The notes below the pieces were generated by a model. That model saw only the letters and a program-made list of their open reading frames with translations. It was not told the origin of the DNA and did not search any database. A program made the position numbers and the translations under genes. From the NCBI RefSeq assembly GCF_009914755.1, contig NC_060935.1: DNA of 64,000 nucleotides. One strand, given 5' to 3'. This DNA is from the human T2T-CHM13v2.0 reference genome, Homo sapiens. Shown here one piece after another: positions 26,055 to 41,885 of this stretch. Position 1 is the stretch's first letter; each line of letters begins with the position of its first letter.

Positions 26055-26400
26055 TGAGGCAGTGGACTCTGAGGTCAGATAGGCCTTAGTTGACATAACC
26101 GATCTTCCAATTACTAGTTGTGCTTCTTTGGACGACTCACTTTAAGCTCTCTAAGATTCATTTCTTCATTTCTAAAACTGAAAAATAAGAGTGCATACTT
26201 CATGGTGGTGATGTGACGATTAATGGCTATAACGCAGGAAAAGCGCCTCACATGTTGACACTTGGTAAATATTCCACAAACACAGGTGCAATTGTTCTAG
26301 TTCTACAGATGAGGCACCAAAAGAATAAGGGACTTGCACAAGGACCCCCACCTGCTGGGGGCAAAGCTGAGCTTCCTGATCTAGAGCCTCTTTATTTGCA
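26055..26400. mobile_element. MIR fragments
   Basis: ggactctgaggtcagatagg..catttcttcatttctaaaa; acagatgaggcacc..gacttgcacaagg. Confidence 0.6.
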
Positions 26401-27920
26401 GGCCTGGACTCCCGTTTGAATAATTCCAGCACATTGCAGATTCTATAGACAGCTTTGGGGATGGTGGTACCTCAGTTAATGAAGCCTCTGGGAATGAAGC
26501 TCTTTTATTCCACATTTTAAAAGCAAACAAAAAACCCTTCATAAATCATTTGAAGAAAAGCTGCATGTATTCACAGCTGCCCATGACAAAAATACCTCTG
26601 AGCACAGCTTCTATTTGTCCCCTCCCAGTTGAATGTAAATAGGGCTCATCGCAGGCAAACCTGTAAAGACGAAGACGATTCCTTTATTCCACCTCAGTGG
26701 CAAATGTCAGGTGTTCTCTTTCCTCCTTTTCCTTTTCAAAATAAGAAAGTGTCTGCTATCAGTCATTTGCTCTTATTTGTAGATTGACTTTAGCATGAAT
26801 GAGCTTCAATGTACAATCACATCTGTATTTTAAGTCTTTCATATTTAATTATGGGAACCAAAACTTTTTCTTCATTAGCATAAATTTCAGGCATTAGCTG
26901 CCAGACAGAGAGAAATGAGGGAAGTTAACAGAACCCTGGGATATCTTCTGTTTCCCCGAGATATTAGACGAATGAGCTGGGAACTGTCAAATTCTTTCTT
27001 CCAGACAAGTGGCTTAGTGGGGTGTCGGATAGGATGAGGTGGGTGTGGGAGGCTCCCAGAATCTCCATGAACAGCCTCTCAATTTCCCCAAGTAAAAATA
27101 TAGGTAAAATCCATGTGCTTTCCTTGCAAACAGAATTTGAGGACAGTCCTCAAACTCCACCCAGCCAGATTGCCATGACTGCAGCCCCTCTGTAGAAATT
27201 TTGAAACAATCAGGGTTCCAGACTTTCTCTCTGCCCCCTCCCCTCCCTTTCTTACCTGACTTGAGGCTGGGCTCCTTCTTCCAGTCTAGCATATGAAGTT
27301 GGACAAATTACTTGGCCTTTCTGTGTCTTGAGTTCCTGGATTTTGAGATAGAAATAATATGTTCCTCACTGGAAACAGTGAGAATGATAAGCGATATTAT
27401 AAATAAGGCTCCTAGGACAGATCCTGTACTTCAAGGACACTTAACAAATGCTTATTTATTCATTCCATTTGTCAGTCTGTCATTTGGTCAGTCATTCAGG
27501 TATACATTTTTGTATATATAATATGAGCCAGGCACTACACTGGCCACTGGAGATGCCACTTGGGCAAGGTATTGTTCTTCTCATTAAACATATCAGCTAA
27601 TGCAGTGCTTCCCAGCCCTGGATGTGCAGCACAATACCTGGTGGGATGAGTTTCCCTGGACCCCACCTCAGAGCTAACTCAGAGCCTCTGGGAAGGAAAC
27701 TGTTTCCTTAAAAGCCCCACTGATGCTTTTGAGGCATAGCCAACATTGAGAACCACTCTGGGGGTTAAGTCGGTTCTCTTCTCTTCTGCCAATCCTCCCA
27801 CCACATTAATCTGGCTCTTCCCCTTCCTTCTGTTTTTCCCAGGGAGACAAGACAGTTTAAGTTTCCTGATGCCTTCTTTAGTTATTTTAGTTACCATTTT
27901 ATATTTTGACTACTATTTAA

Positions 27921-28298
<378 letters not shown>

Positions 28299-29915
28299 TC
28301 TGGTAATGATGTTTATCACATAGAAGTTATGGGATGTGTCGTTTTTGTTAATAGAGATTATACCTGTAGACTTACCTGTTCCAAATGGGTTGGGGTTACT
28401 GTCTCTAGAGGACTCACATTCATTCCTGTCCTTTGCTCTCCATCTTCAGGCTCCTCCTCCAGCTCATATTAAAGTAACAAATTGTGGTAGTTTGAAACTC
28501 AAGTTTCCCATTCATATCAAGATAGTTACTGGTTGGCAAAAAGACATCTTTGGGTACCAGAGGCCTTATGATTACTAAGTTCATACCAAGTGCTATAATT
28601 ATTATGATGATTTACCACTCAAAAGCCCCTCAATAGTACAACCAAGTCCTTCAAAGATCTATCCAATTTAGCTTTGAATCAATACCAAATGTTATCCAAA
28701 AGTCAAGTTCTGTTGTAAGACACTAGACCCATGACTAATCAATAGACAGATAGACAGATATGCAGGATATAGGCTGGTCAGTTATAATTCTAAGCTGCCA
28801 GTTTAAAAAAAAAAGAACAGAAAATAAAGGAAGAGAAAGGTTAAAATCCCTAGATTGGATGGAATGAGCTGAAGTGTTTTCAAATGGATTTGAGAAACTG
28901 AACTGTTCCCAGGCGGAAAGATAAAATGTGAAGCTGCAGTCAGTCTGGCTTTCTGGCTCGCCTAACCTTTTTACTGCTGGATAATGAGGAATCAGCTATA
29001 ATTTAGACACAGTATTCTTTTCACAGATTATACTGAAGTTGGGGGGAGAAAGGGGAAGGGAGAGAGCCTCACTTTATAGTCTTGCATCATCTCTCTCCAG
29101 CAGATGAGACTAGAATGCCCTCCCCAAGAGGCACATGAGGGGAGCATTGCCCTCTGTGTGTTGTGACGAATTTCAAGTCAAGAGGGTGCTTGAATTGGAT
29201 TTATTGCAATTGGAAGCAAAGAAATTGTAATCTTTATGAGCCAACGACATGGAGCCTTATAATAAGAGAATGAAGGATCATTTCAAATTTAAAGCAAATT
29301 AGATTACTGGGGTCAAATCCTTCAGCAGAGACATCGTGCCTTCAGAGCATTGCTCAGCTATTTGACATCCTCCTTCCACCCCAGGTTTCGCATTAACATT
29401 TAAGTATTTTTTTTTTTGTAAAAAATACATTTAGTACTTTTGTGGAGGGAAAGTGTCCTAAAACTCCAAATGATGAATAGATGGAACAAGAGGCACCTAC
29501 CAAAAGAATTCACTAATCTCTATGCTAAGCTAAGACTTGCCTTTATTTACTCTAGACCTTCAAGAAACCTCAGCAGGTTATCTGGTAAAGTATTAAGTCT
29601 CTAGGGAGTAGCATATACAAATCACACGGGAAAGGGTATCTCACTTCCACATTTTTTGTAGAAGATTTTCTAGCTCTTTCAGTTGCTTGTTCTGGTATTC
29701 GATCTCTGAACAAGACCAATAAGCTCTGTCTTACCCAACTCTTCTCTTACAATTTAAGACTTTGTCTCTAGCCTGTCCTTTTTATTTACTGCTAGTCTTT
29801 CAAAATCACCCATCGCTAACATTGTTCTAAGCTGGGATATTGCCTATAATTAAGTTTCATTCCCAGTCAAAGATCTTTTCCTTATCATTTAGGCTTGCTT
29901 TAAGGAAATGTATGA

Positions 29916-30204
29916 GGCTGGGTATGGTGGCTCATGCCCATAATCCCAGCACTTTGGGAGGCCAAAGAGGATGGATTGCTTGAGCACATCAGTTTGAAAC
30001 CAGCCTGGGCAACATGGTGAAACCCTGTCTCTACAAAAAAAAAAAAAAAAAATACAAAAATTAGCTGGGCATGGTGGTGTGCACCTGTAGTCCCAGCTAC
30101 TCAGGAGGCTGAGGTGGGAGGATGGCTAGAGCCCATGAGGTGGAGGTTGCAGCGAGCCAAGATCATGCCACTGTATTCCAGCCTGGGAAACAGAGCTAGA
30201 CTGT
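29916..30204 (+). mobile_element. AluJ
   Basis: Diverged dimer with expanded mid A-run; tail has become a (GA)n/(GGAA)n repeat. Confidence 0.9.
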
Positions 30205-30207
30205 GAG

Positions 30208-30260
<53 letters not shown>

Positions 30261-30333
30261 GGAAGGAAGGAAGGATGGGGGAGGGAGGGAGAGAGAGAAA
30301 GAAAAGAAATAGAGAAAGAAAAAAGAAAGAAAA
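30205..30333. repeat. (GA)n/(GGAA)n/(GAAA)n polypurine tract
   Basis: Read directly; derived from the Alu tail. Confidence 0.9.
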
Positions 30334-33300
30334 CATATGAATTGACATCTATAAGTATTATAATACTTACATAATAATATTATAATACTTATATTGACAT
30401 ATATAAGTATTATAATAATTACAATACACATCTATCTTGCTATGGATCTGTTTTTTTTGTTCTGTTCCTTCCCTAACCAAGAGCCAGTATCTCTCCTTTC
30501 CTTCAACCCCATGTCTAGCTCTGCATCCCTATCCCCATATTTTAGTCCATGATCCTTGGGGTCTACCCACTTCTTTCTACTTTCCGTTTCTTGTCTCTCT
30601 CAAGGAATTGGTAAAGTAACAAGAAAAAGATTCTAGTTCTAATCCAGTTTTGTACTGTGACTCATTGAAGGTTAAAACAAGGAATGCGAACCCTGTTCTG
30701 GAATTAATAGGTTTGGGAGTCGAAAGATTAAGTAAACAGATGACATTTTCCATTCTTTCGAAGTTTCAGCATTAGAACAACGAGTGGCTGGAACTTTAAC
30801 GCTTTTTCTCTTCTAGCTCTGTCAAATCTGTGAGTATAAATGATATTTGTCTTCTATCCAATGATCTCAACACACCTTGTTAACATATTTCAATAATTAC
30901 CCCCATTGCAGAGGCAGAAAGTGAGAGAGAATAATTAGGAATTGGGCCAAGTTGTTCTCGGCAGTGGTGGCCAGAATTGGAGTCAAGGCTCTTTATCTCC
31001 TAGACTATTTACTGTTCAGCCAATTCATCCCAAAGAGACCTCCTTTGCCCCTTTCACCAGCATCTCCCTTGAAACACAAATGGGCCAAGAAGACTCACAG
31101 CTCTGGAATAGTAATTTCTCTGCTCTGAAGAAAGTTCTCTCTGGAGATCCTTTGTGCTAAGTGGAGGTTTAGATGATCCAAACATTTAAGTGCATATTGA
31201 TTGCAGTCAGATACTGTACCCTGACCTGCATCACAAGTTCTGGACTGTATTTCTCTGGGATACTAGCTTTTTATGTAATAACCTTCCACCACCTCCCCAT
31301 GGAACAGAGTGCAGGCCAAAATCAAAGGCCTGGGTAGGGGTCAAAGTTTTACCTATTAAGCCGTGCAGGAGCATGACCTTGAGAACCAAGTTTTGCATTA
31401 ACTTAATATTGCTACAGAGTCTTTAAAGAACCTAAATAATTGGGCCACCATTCTGCCTAACTCACTCTTGTTTTGTCATTCTTTTTTTTGTTGTTGTTGT
31501 TTTAAATCAAGACTAAGATTAAAAACAAAACAAAACAAAAGACACCAGAAGTGCAGCTCTCTCTGTTTATCCAAGTTGTGAGGTTATGATTTGCTCATAT
31601 CCAACTCTCATTGTGAGGAGGATTGGGATGTTTAAGGAACCCAAACTCTAGAGACATAAGGAAGAAAGGAGCTTTCGAGATACAGAGGAGTGAAAGAGTG
31701 TGTTCGGGTATCACAGAAACATAAATCTTTGAGCTGCAAGAGACATTAAAAATGATCTGGTTCAGCTGCCTGTATTCAGACATGGAAAGGCATTAGAGTT
31801 TCTCTTTATCTGGGGGAAACTGGGATTCAGATGAGATAACTGGTTAAGTGATTTGGCCAAGGTCACACAGTTAGCAAGTGTCAGAATTGGGACTCAGCCC
31901 TGGTGCCCTGCTTCCAAGCACAGTGCTGGCAAAGGAGAGCCCAGCTCATCCACAGAAGGGCTGTAAATGTTCCTTCATCAGAAAAAAACTACCTTCAGGC
32001 CAGATGTCTAGGGTTATAAAATTAATATTAATTTTTTTTCCTAAAAGCTCTTTTAAAATGGAGAATGGATCAGTGTAATCAAAAACTCTGTCCAAGAAAC
32101 ATGAGATGTGCATAGGGTATGATGCTGTCAAGGACAGGCTGGCAAGAGGTGCTCCAGAAGCTTCATGGACTTCATACCAAATTATTATAGTGATTTCAAT
32201 CAGCAGATGAGATTCTGCAAACAATAACATTTACAAGGTAATCTCCATTCAAAGCAATTGCCATTTCCCAAGGGCCAATTTGTGGGAAAGAGCATTACCA
32301 TCCCAGGGAAGATGTACCTGCTTCTGAATATCTTTCTTGTCTTCAGTTAGCTTTTGGTTTAACATATGCATATAATACATTCTTGAATTTACCTGCATCC
32401 ACACAGAAACACGTATGTTATGAATATGTAAACACATAGGGTGCTCAAAAGGCCGCAAGATAGTTCTGTAGGATCTTAATCATTATATGTGTAAGTTCCA
32501 CACTTGCTCTACCAATAGTAAAGAGCAAAACAGTGCTGGGCAGCAGTGTTCCCATATCAAAGAACAAAGTTGAAACTCCCATACAATTATGTTTGATCAC
32601 AGTAGAAGGTGAAATCATTAGATATTAGCGAGGTGCAGTGGAATAAAAATGATGTGTTAGCGGGGGTTCATTACACTGTATTTTCAGAGCCAAGAAGATC
32701 AATGCGTTCATGCATCATGAATTAGGCTCCGGCTTTAGCCTTCCCTGCTCTCCGGAAACCCAACATGATCTATCACCAGCCATACATCACCGTTTCAGGA
32801 TTGCACATTAACGAGAAAGCTGCAGTTTCCGCCTGTCAAGCTGACCAGCTGCTTCTTTCTCTGCAGAAGGGGAAATATTTCTGGTTCAGGATTTTACTTT
32901 TAAAACACAAAGGGGCATCAGAGGTCACTATCAGCTGGGCAGTCATATGGTGTAATATTTGTGTTGTCCCAATGCTCCGATTGATGGTCCTATCCTTCCT
33001 GGTCTCTGACCATCCTGGATCCAGGCCTGCAGGACTCACTGCTATAGCTTAGATGTTAAATAAGGACATGGCTCACGTGACACACCTCAGGTCTCCTGGA
33101 GCACACCTTCTCCCCACCTCCCCACCCCAGAATTTGCCTAACATCATTGAGTATATTTAGACATCTCAGAGGGAGGTCCATATGTTAAATGTCCCCCTTT
33201 TCTATACCCACTACCCCTCTATCTCCTGGTCCACACCCCCTCCCACCTTTTTCCTTTACAGAGGCTCTTTTACTACCCAGCAGTTTGCCACTAACACTTT

Positions 33301-33497
33301 CCCTTCATTTATTCGCAGTCCACCTCACTTCCCCCCTGCCTGACCCTACACCTGCTAGTGCGGCCCCTCTTCCCTGCTGGTGCTCAGATACCCGCAGACA
33401 GTTCTGATCGCTGCTTTTAATCGGCATTTAGCCAGTCTGTCCATATTTAGTTCTTTTAATCTTTCCTCATCATTCAATCCCTCCAGCCTCTTCATCA

Positions 33498-33498
<1 letters not shown>

Positions 33499-33538
<40 letters not shown>
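33499..33538. repeat. Poly(T), about 40 nt
   Basis: Read directly. Confidence 0.9.
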
Positions 33539-33539
<1 letters not shown>

Positions 33540-35387
33540 GTGTGTTGCTCTTTCCTGAGTTTTATCCAATTTGTCTATATCATCCTTCTGGCTGTGACAT
33601 GCCCACCAGCCCCGAACTCCATAACTGCAGGAAGAATGGCTATTAAGGCTTCGCTCCACCCTTGTCTTCTCCTCTACCACTCACTCAGGCCTCTTCGTCA
33701 CTTACAGAATAAGCAAGAGAAGTTTGTAGGTAAATTTTGGCTGAGCAAGGCCTGCCCCTTTGCTGTCCAGCTCATGGCTGAAACACAAGTAAGGACAATA
33801 GAAGGAGTGATGTCAGAACAAAAGAAACTAAAGTCAAGTACACATAAGAACTTCCCAACAATTGTTCCTTGGGGAACAGAAGAGACCTTGACCTCATGTG
33901 CCTGGACTCTGGGAGAAGAAGGCTGTCTGAGGAGTTCCCTCTGCTCACCCAGTTTTAGCCAATAGGGCTTGCAGGGAGCATCATGGTTGATGACTTGGTG
34001 GCTGTGATTGCCTCTGGGAAACCAGCCTCCCTCAGTTAACATATGGTATAGGATGAAACAGCACCTGGAAAGGGGTGTCTAGTTCCATCTGTGAATATGA
34101 GTAAGAACTGGCTGGAGGCAGTGGAGGGCCTCAGTTCAGTGGATTGCAGCTTTATAAGGTTGAACTCAGTAGCAGAAATTATGGACCATGGGCATTGTTT
34201 ATAGGAAGACATTTACAGAAGGAGGCATATTGTTGAGATGTGCAGACAGCAAGATCCCAGGTCCAGGTGGCTTGTAATCCAGAACCATTGAAGGAAGATC
34301 TTTAGGAAGAGAATTTGGTCAAAGCTGGTTAGAAGCAGAGAGATTTTTTTTATTTGAATGAGTAAAACAAAGAGCCATATCTTAGTGATAGACTTTCTGT
34401 TTGTTAGGAGTTTTGAATTCATTCTTTTACTTCATTTATACCACTTCTCAGATGTCACTTCCTTAGAAAGAACTTCCTTGAAAACACCATCTAAAATGGT
34501 ACCCTACTTAGCTTTCTGTCCACTTCCCTGCATATATATATATATATATATATATATGTTTCATTGGTTTAACACTTGATTATTAAATACTCCTGCCAGA
34601 ATGTAAGCCACCTGAGAGCAGGGATTTTCACAAAGCAGCAATAGCAGTGCCACACACTGGCCCTGTGTTTGAGTGTGAGCTAACTAATGGCTATCCTGCT
34701 TTGTTTTTTGTGTGTTTTGTGTTTTTGTTTTTTTCTCCAGAAATATGGAGTATGCAGATCCCAGCACAGACTCACAGGATCTGGTTCATGCATAAATTGG
34801 CAAGGTTTAAGTCAGCCTGGTTCTCCTGGGATTCTTAATCAAAGTTTTGCTGAGCCCAGGGTAGGGAGGATGAGTTGGGAAAACCTACCCCTTCCATATT
34901 GTTTCCTTTTTAACAGCTTGAAGTGAGAGAAAAATAGTCAATTGTAGAAAGAAGGAAGTGGAAGGCTCAATGCCCCCTCTGCCTCCCACAGGCTGCCATC
35001 AAACCTGTTTATCCTGTTTCACTTTTAAAGCCCTGTTCCAAAGAGAGCTCTGTCATTGGCTCTTTCCCCTGTGGAATCACAGCTGCTATGTTTTCAAATA
35101 CCACCCTGGTTTTCTGAATGGCTTAAAGCTCATTAAGAGATAGAGAAAGAGTTTCTGTTTCTCTCTAAAGGAGTACTTCCCTACTCCATGCCTAGCTCTG
35201 AAGGCTAGTGGGCTCCCCGCTGTCACTCCACTAATGCCAGTAATCTGCTCGTAAATTCCAAAAACCTAGATCCAGGAACCCTGAAACTTGTGTTCATATT
35301 ATAAAAATACACTTTATATATTTTAGAGTTGCTTTATCTCTAGCTATACAATTATACTTTTTTGTTTTCTTTTTCATTTTCCACCAA

Positions 35388-35859
35388 TGGTAGGACAGTT
35401 CTCCAGGTGGCCTCAGACTGACCCAGTTCTTCTCCTTTCTTCCTTGCAGTTCTCAAGACTAACTGTAGGATGTTCTGGGACTGCAACATCCTGAGATAAG
35501 GAAGGAATGACAAGAGCAGCCTGGGCCCTGTTCCAGTTCCCCCTTAGAAACAGGACGTCCTTCAGTGCTTTAGCCCAGCATGTCATGCGGCCTCTGGGAA
35601 TAAAACCCAGGGTAGGCTGCTTTCTGGAATCTCTTAGCTGCCGTGCAAGTGGGGCACGTGCTGATGAGACTCCATCCATCCACGGCAGCTTTCCTGAGCC
35701 TGGAGGGACCAGCTGGCAATGAATCGTAGGCTTTTGTTGTTCCTTGCTGCCTGTCTGGAAGTCATAAATCCACTTCATATAACTCGCTGCATATGAGCGT
35801 TTTCTGTCTCACTGGACTCAGAAAAGTTGGTAACCAGTGCACAGTGAGCCTGCTTTACA
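35388..35859 (+). mobile_element. ERV solo LTR (LTR47-like, ERVL)
   Basis: TG...CA ends, ~470 bp, recalled LTR47 motifs (taggacagttctccaggtggcc; caacatcctgagataagga; ttggtaaccagtgcacagtga). Confidence 0.75.
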
Positions 35860-36014
35860 TCAACCACTGGACACTCCATGAGAACCTGAAACTTTACTGA
35901 CTAGCCCACTGCATCTTAGACTTAATGGCTGGTGCATAGTAGGTGGTCAATAAATACTTGTTGAATGAATGAACAAATACATTTCTATATCATCTGGTCC
36001 CCTTCTCTTAGATC

Positions 36015-36190
36015 AGCTACTCCTAACCCTGGATATGCATAAGAGTCACCTGGGGCACTTTTAAAATTCTCCCCTATCTGGACCCCACTCCAGACCATTA
36101 AAGTCAGAATCTCTGGGGTTGTGGTCTAGGAATCAGTATTTTTAAAAAGGTCTCCAGGTGATTCTAACGTGCGGCCAGGTTAGCACGCTC
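36015..36190 (+). mobile_element. MER5-type DNA transposon
   Basis: agtcacctggggcactttt..cagaatctctgggg..ggaatcagtatttttaaaa..ccaggtgattctaa. Confidence 0.75.
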
Positions 36191-37073
36191 CCCAGGTGAT
36201 TACAGAGTATGGAGCTTTCGCTCCAGTATCTGTGTGTTTTATATGTCATCTCCTGGGCTAGGAAGGACCATGTTTGTGTTTCAGAAATAGCACTCACTAT
36301 AATTATTATATCTTGAGATTCTGTGGCCATGGTTAATTACTCAGGTGGCAAGGGGGCAAGGGAGATGAGGTAGTACCAGAACCTCCTATTTGGAACATTT
36401 GATAGGGAAGCCAACATATCTGCAAGTATGTCTGGAAAATGGTCTTTTCAGTTGTAGTGCAGATATGAAGTTGGTATCAGGGGATCCATGGGAAAGTTGC
36501 GAAGTTACCTGCCAGAAAGGAGAATAATGTGGTAAAAGTAAATTGGAATGAGGGTGTTTAGAAGTTCAGACAGATGAGCAGTGGATATCAGTGTGGTCTC
36601 TCTGCAGGCTATCAGGGCCCCAGGAAGTTTGATGGAGTTTAGGTTGGAACCATTGACCTTGGGTGGTTAGAAAGGGACTTATTAGTACAAAAGCAGAGAC
36701 TTCCAGGACAACAGAGATTGGTCAGGCTGGTGCAATAGGAACTCAGGGAGGAGATTAAAACAGAGACTTCTCTACCCGAATCAGGAACTACCAGGGAGCC
36801 TGGACTCAGAAATAAAGTTGGAGCTGTCTAGTTCTGTGGTCAGCATCAGGACAGTAAACCTAGGTAATAACATAAAGGGATACTCAATCTTAAAACCATC
36901 AGATGCTTGAAAGGAGATTTAAACTACTTAAACAATTCCTGCCATGTCTATTCTGTTCATCAGCGCCTAGCAGAGTACCTGGCAAGGAAGGGTTCTCAAT
37001 AAATGAGAAAGAAAGAAGCTGGAGCAGACTTGTGCCTGTGAGTGAAGATTGTTAGTAGACTTGGTTTTTGGTG

Positions 37074-37476
37074 TTTTTAATAGCTTTATTGATATATAAT
37101 TCACATACCATACAATTTATCAATTTAAAGTGTACAATTCAATGATTTTGGTACATTACATTATTATTAAGTTTTTAAATTATAGTGCAATGTAGATGAC
37201 ATAAAATTTTCCATTGTAACCAATTTTATATGTATTATTTGTGACATTCGTTATATTCACAGTGTTATACAGCCATTGCCATTATCCATTTCCAAAACTT
37301 TTTAATCACCTCAAACAGAAACTCTAGCAAGCAACAACTCCCTTACCTTCTTTCCCCCAAGTTCCTGGTAACCTCTAATCTACCATCTGTCTCTACAAAC
37401 TTGCATATTCTAGATAACTTATATAAATGGAATCACGCCATATTTGTCCTTTTGTGTCTAGCTTGTTTCACTTAGC
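37074..37476 (-). mobile_element. L1MB-type 3' end fragments
   Basis: agctttattgatatataattcacataccatacaattt..aaagtgtacaattcaatg; tataaatggaatca..ttgtttcacttagc. Confidence 0.8.
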
Positions 37477-39718
37477 GAACCTAGTTTTGAGGTGCTGGAA
37501 GGGTAGTGGAATGATGGGGAAGGGGAAAAATGGACCAGTGCATGTTTTTATATTGGTGGTAGTAATGATCTTGTTGCTGCTTCTGCTCATAAGAAACACA
37601 GGTCCTGTGATTTTTGCTTTGATTTGCCAATGCTCTGAGGGCTAGCATCAGCCCCTATCACCACCCTCTACTCCCTACCCCAATCACCTTAGACAAAATT
37701 GGATTTTCCCTTCAGAGTTGCTTTTCAAACTGGTACTAGAGCAAGTATTAAGAAGCTGTTGTAGCCTCCTGATTAATATACGTCTTCATAATAATTAATT
37801 GAAGGGATGCTTTGAAGTTCTGAGATAGAGCACAGAAATCATTCTCTTTCTGAAGGCAAGGCTGGGACTTCCTCTGCATTCGCAGCCCAGAGAGAGGGTT
37901 GTTTTCAGCTTGGACAATCAGCTCATCCCAGGCTGCTCCTTCTTGAGGGGAGGAGGAATAGCAAGAACCCTTCCCATTGACTGTCTCCCTCCAACCTCCT
38001 CTCTGCTATTTTCTCCCATCCCCTCAGCTCTCTCTATCTCTTAGGACAGCAGCCAAGCTCTCACACTGCAGCTGGGGGCGCAGCTGAGCGGCTGGTGTTC
38101 ACGTTGGGCCCTTTGATGAGGAAGTATTCTCACAGCAGATACAGAGGCCTTGCCAGGGAGGAGAGACCATCATGAATGATTATTGCAGCAGAAGGTCAGG
38201 GTCCTTCTTGGTAGAAAGGTGCACCGACTCCATCAGTCCAAGTGGATGAGGACATACTCAAGGTGATAGATACAGCCTGGTGGCCCAGGTTTGTTCTTTC
38301 TGGAGTCTCTAGACAAAGAGAACCAAGGGCTTGTGATAAAGAAGAGGATGCACGGGGAGAGGAGAAAGAGAGTCTGAGAGATGAGACTGCTTGGGGAAAG
38401 AAACGAGAGAAAGATGAGGGAAGCAAGGGTGGAGAGGTGGCTTTGCCTGAATCTAGATAACACCCACTAATCCCACTGCCCGACTCACATTTCTTAATCA
38501 GGCACAACTGGAATTCCACGAGGGTTATTTGTTGGGGAAGGACCTTGATAATCTGGAGATGGTCTCTAATAAATGATATAATATATGCACACACTTGCAG
38601 AATAAATCCTCGTTGGGTTTTCATTCATTTAGAGGACTGCGGATTTGATCTCACCGCTCTGGGACAAAATCAACTAGACTGTGATTTATAGCCAGGGTCT
38701 ATTGGTTCAGGTATCCATCTTGAATGATATCTGATGGAATTAACTGTAGACAAACCCCAAGCAGGCTATTATATTTAATGTGGTTCTAGCTCCAATTCCT
38801 TTCTCACTAAGAATTTAAAAATTTTAGCCAAGCAGGTCCTGTTTCTATTTGAATTCTTTTCTCATCTTCTTGGTTCTTTATCTTTCACTATATCCCCTGC
38901 TGCTTTAGCCAGACCACCTACTTTTGAATGGTTGCTTCTTTTTATACCAATTGTAAAAAGAAATTCTCAGTCTCTTTGGCAGCAATTTCTTAAAGTTTTC
39001 CCTCTAAGTACAGAATCTCCATTAACTGTATTTCTGTAGCTCTAGCTACTGCTGTTTATAATAGCTACTATACAGGTCCATGTAATACTGAACCATTTGT
39101 GAATTCATTCTATGAATTTTCCATGTAATTACCTATAACTCTAACAACATTATTTTTTTATAAACCGTAGCCTTACTCTGTCTTTCTGCTTCGTGTGTTC
39201 TTTGAGCCATTGTGAGGCATTGCGAGGGATTTTTTAGTCTCTGACTTATTTTTTTGTAAAAAGAGAATAACTCCTCATCTTAGTAATAACTGGAAAAATT
39301 TTCTTCACCATATAAAACACATTGACTATATATTATGTCTTGTGTTACTTCATTTCTAGGTGCTTTTTACTAAACAACTTCATGCTCATATCCATGTGAA
39401 GATATGAACTTTTATGTGTAGTGAGAACACAGAATTAAATGATTGAGTCAGTTGCATATTTCAGTGAGAGGTTTTATTTTTAATTCCATAAACTGGGCAT
39501 CAAAACAAGCAATATAAAATGTTCCAAAAGAGGTCTTGAGACTGTCTCCATGGAGGAACTGTGTTCTTCCAGTAGGAGACCTTCGTTCAGAGAGAGGCAT
39601 CTTCTGCACTGTCTTGTTTCTCCTCATTGGACCTGAGACTTCGCTCGGCATAGTTGAAGTTTCTTCTCTGGGCCTTTTGGAATGAGTTTGCTGAAGGTGG
39701 GGCTAAGGAAGCTGCATG

Positions 39719-39956
39719 CAGTTGTATCATGAATAACACAGTTTTTAACTGTGTGGGACCATTACATGTGGATTTTTTTCAATCAAACGCGGATCAAAAA
39801 TAAGACTATTGCTGAGATGTGAAACCTGCGTGTACGGAAAGCTGACTTTTGCTACAGGTAGTTCTGCAGAGCTGACTGGTGGACTTGAGCATGTGTGGGC
39901 TTGAGTATACCCAGGGGTCCTGGAACCAATCTCCCATGTATATTGAGGGATGGCTG
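39719..39956 (+). mobile_element. MER8 (Tigger-type MITE)
   Basis: cagttg...ctg|ta ends; internal caaacgcggatcaaaaata and ggggtcctggaaccaatc. Confidence 0.8.
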
Positions 39957-40211
39957 TAACTGTTAGAATAAACAGTGCTATCAGCTACAGCAGATAAACC
40001 CCTACACCCCAGTCAGTGGCTCAGCAACAGAAGTCGATTAGTCACTCACATTATATTTCAGTGAAGCTGGTCCTAGTCTCATGGCTTTCCATGTGGCAAT
40101 TCAGGGACAAAAGCCTTGTCCATCTTGTGGTCTGCCCCTCTCCAGACCCTCAGACTCCTCTTCGTTCAGCTGGAAGAGGAGAAAGGAGATCTGGGATTAT
40201 AAGAGAGAAGA

Positions 40212-40514
<303 letters not shown>

Positions 40515-40990
40515 GGGAGAGATTTCATGGGCCAGACCTGTAAGAGGAGTACATCTCTTTTGCTACCATTTCATTGTTCGAAACTCAGTCACCTGGTGGC
40601 ACTTACTCTCAGGGAGGCTGGGAGATGACATCTACCTGTTTGCCTAAGAGAAAAAAATGGGCTCTGCCGAGTATATCACAATCTATGCTGCAGGCTGGGA
40701 CCGCTTTCTGGCTTCACTGTTTGCCTCTGGTTGCCCCATATGTTTGGGCTCCTTCTCTCCCTATCGCTCCAACATGAGGAGAGGACAGCAGCCAACATGT
40801 CCCTTAGGCCGGTTAAATCATACCATGATCCTCATGCAAGGGGCAACATCTGTGTGCTGTGAATCCATCGTGTGTCAGGCACTGTGCCAGGGAATGTGGA
40901 CAGTGACACACAGTGTCCCGAGGAGGATTTAGGAACACCTCGGTGAAACAGAAAGATCCCTCCTCCTGTGGGAAGAATCCATGGGATGGG

Positions 40991-41885
<895 letters not shown>

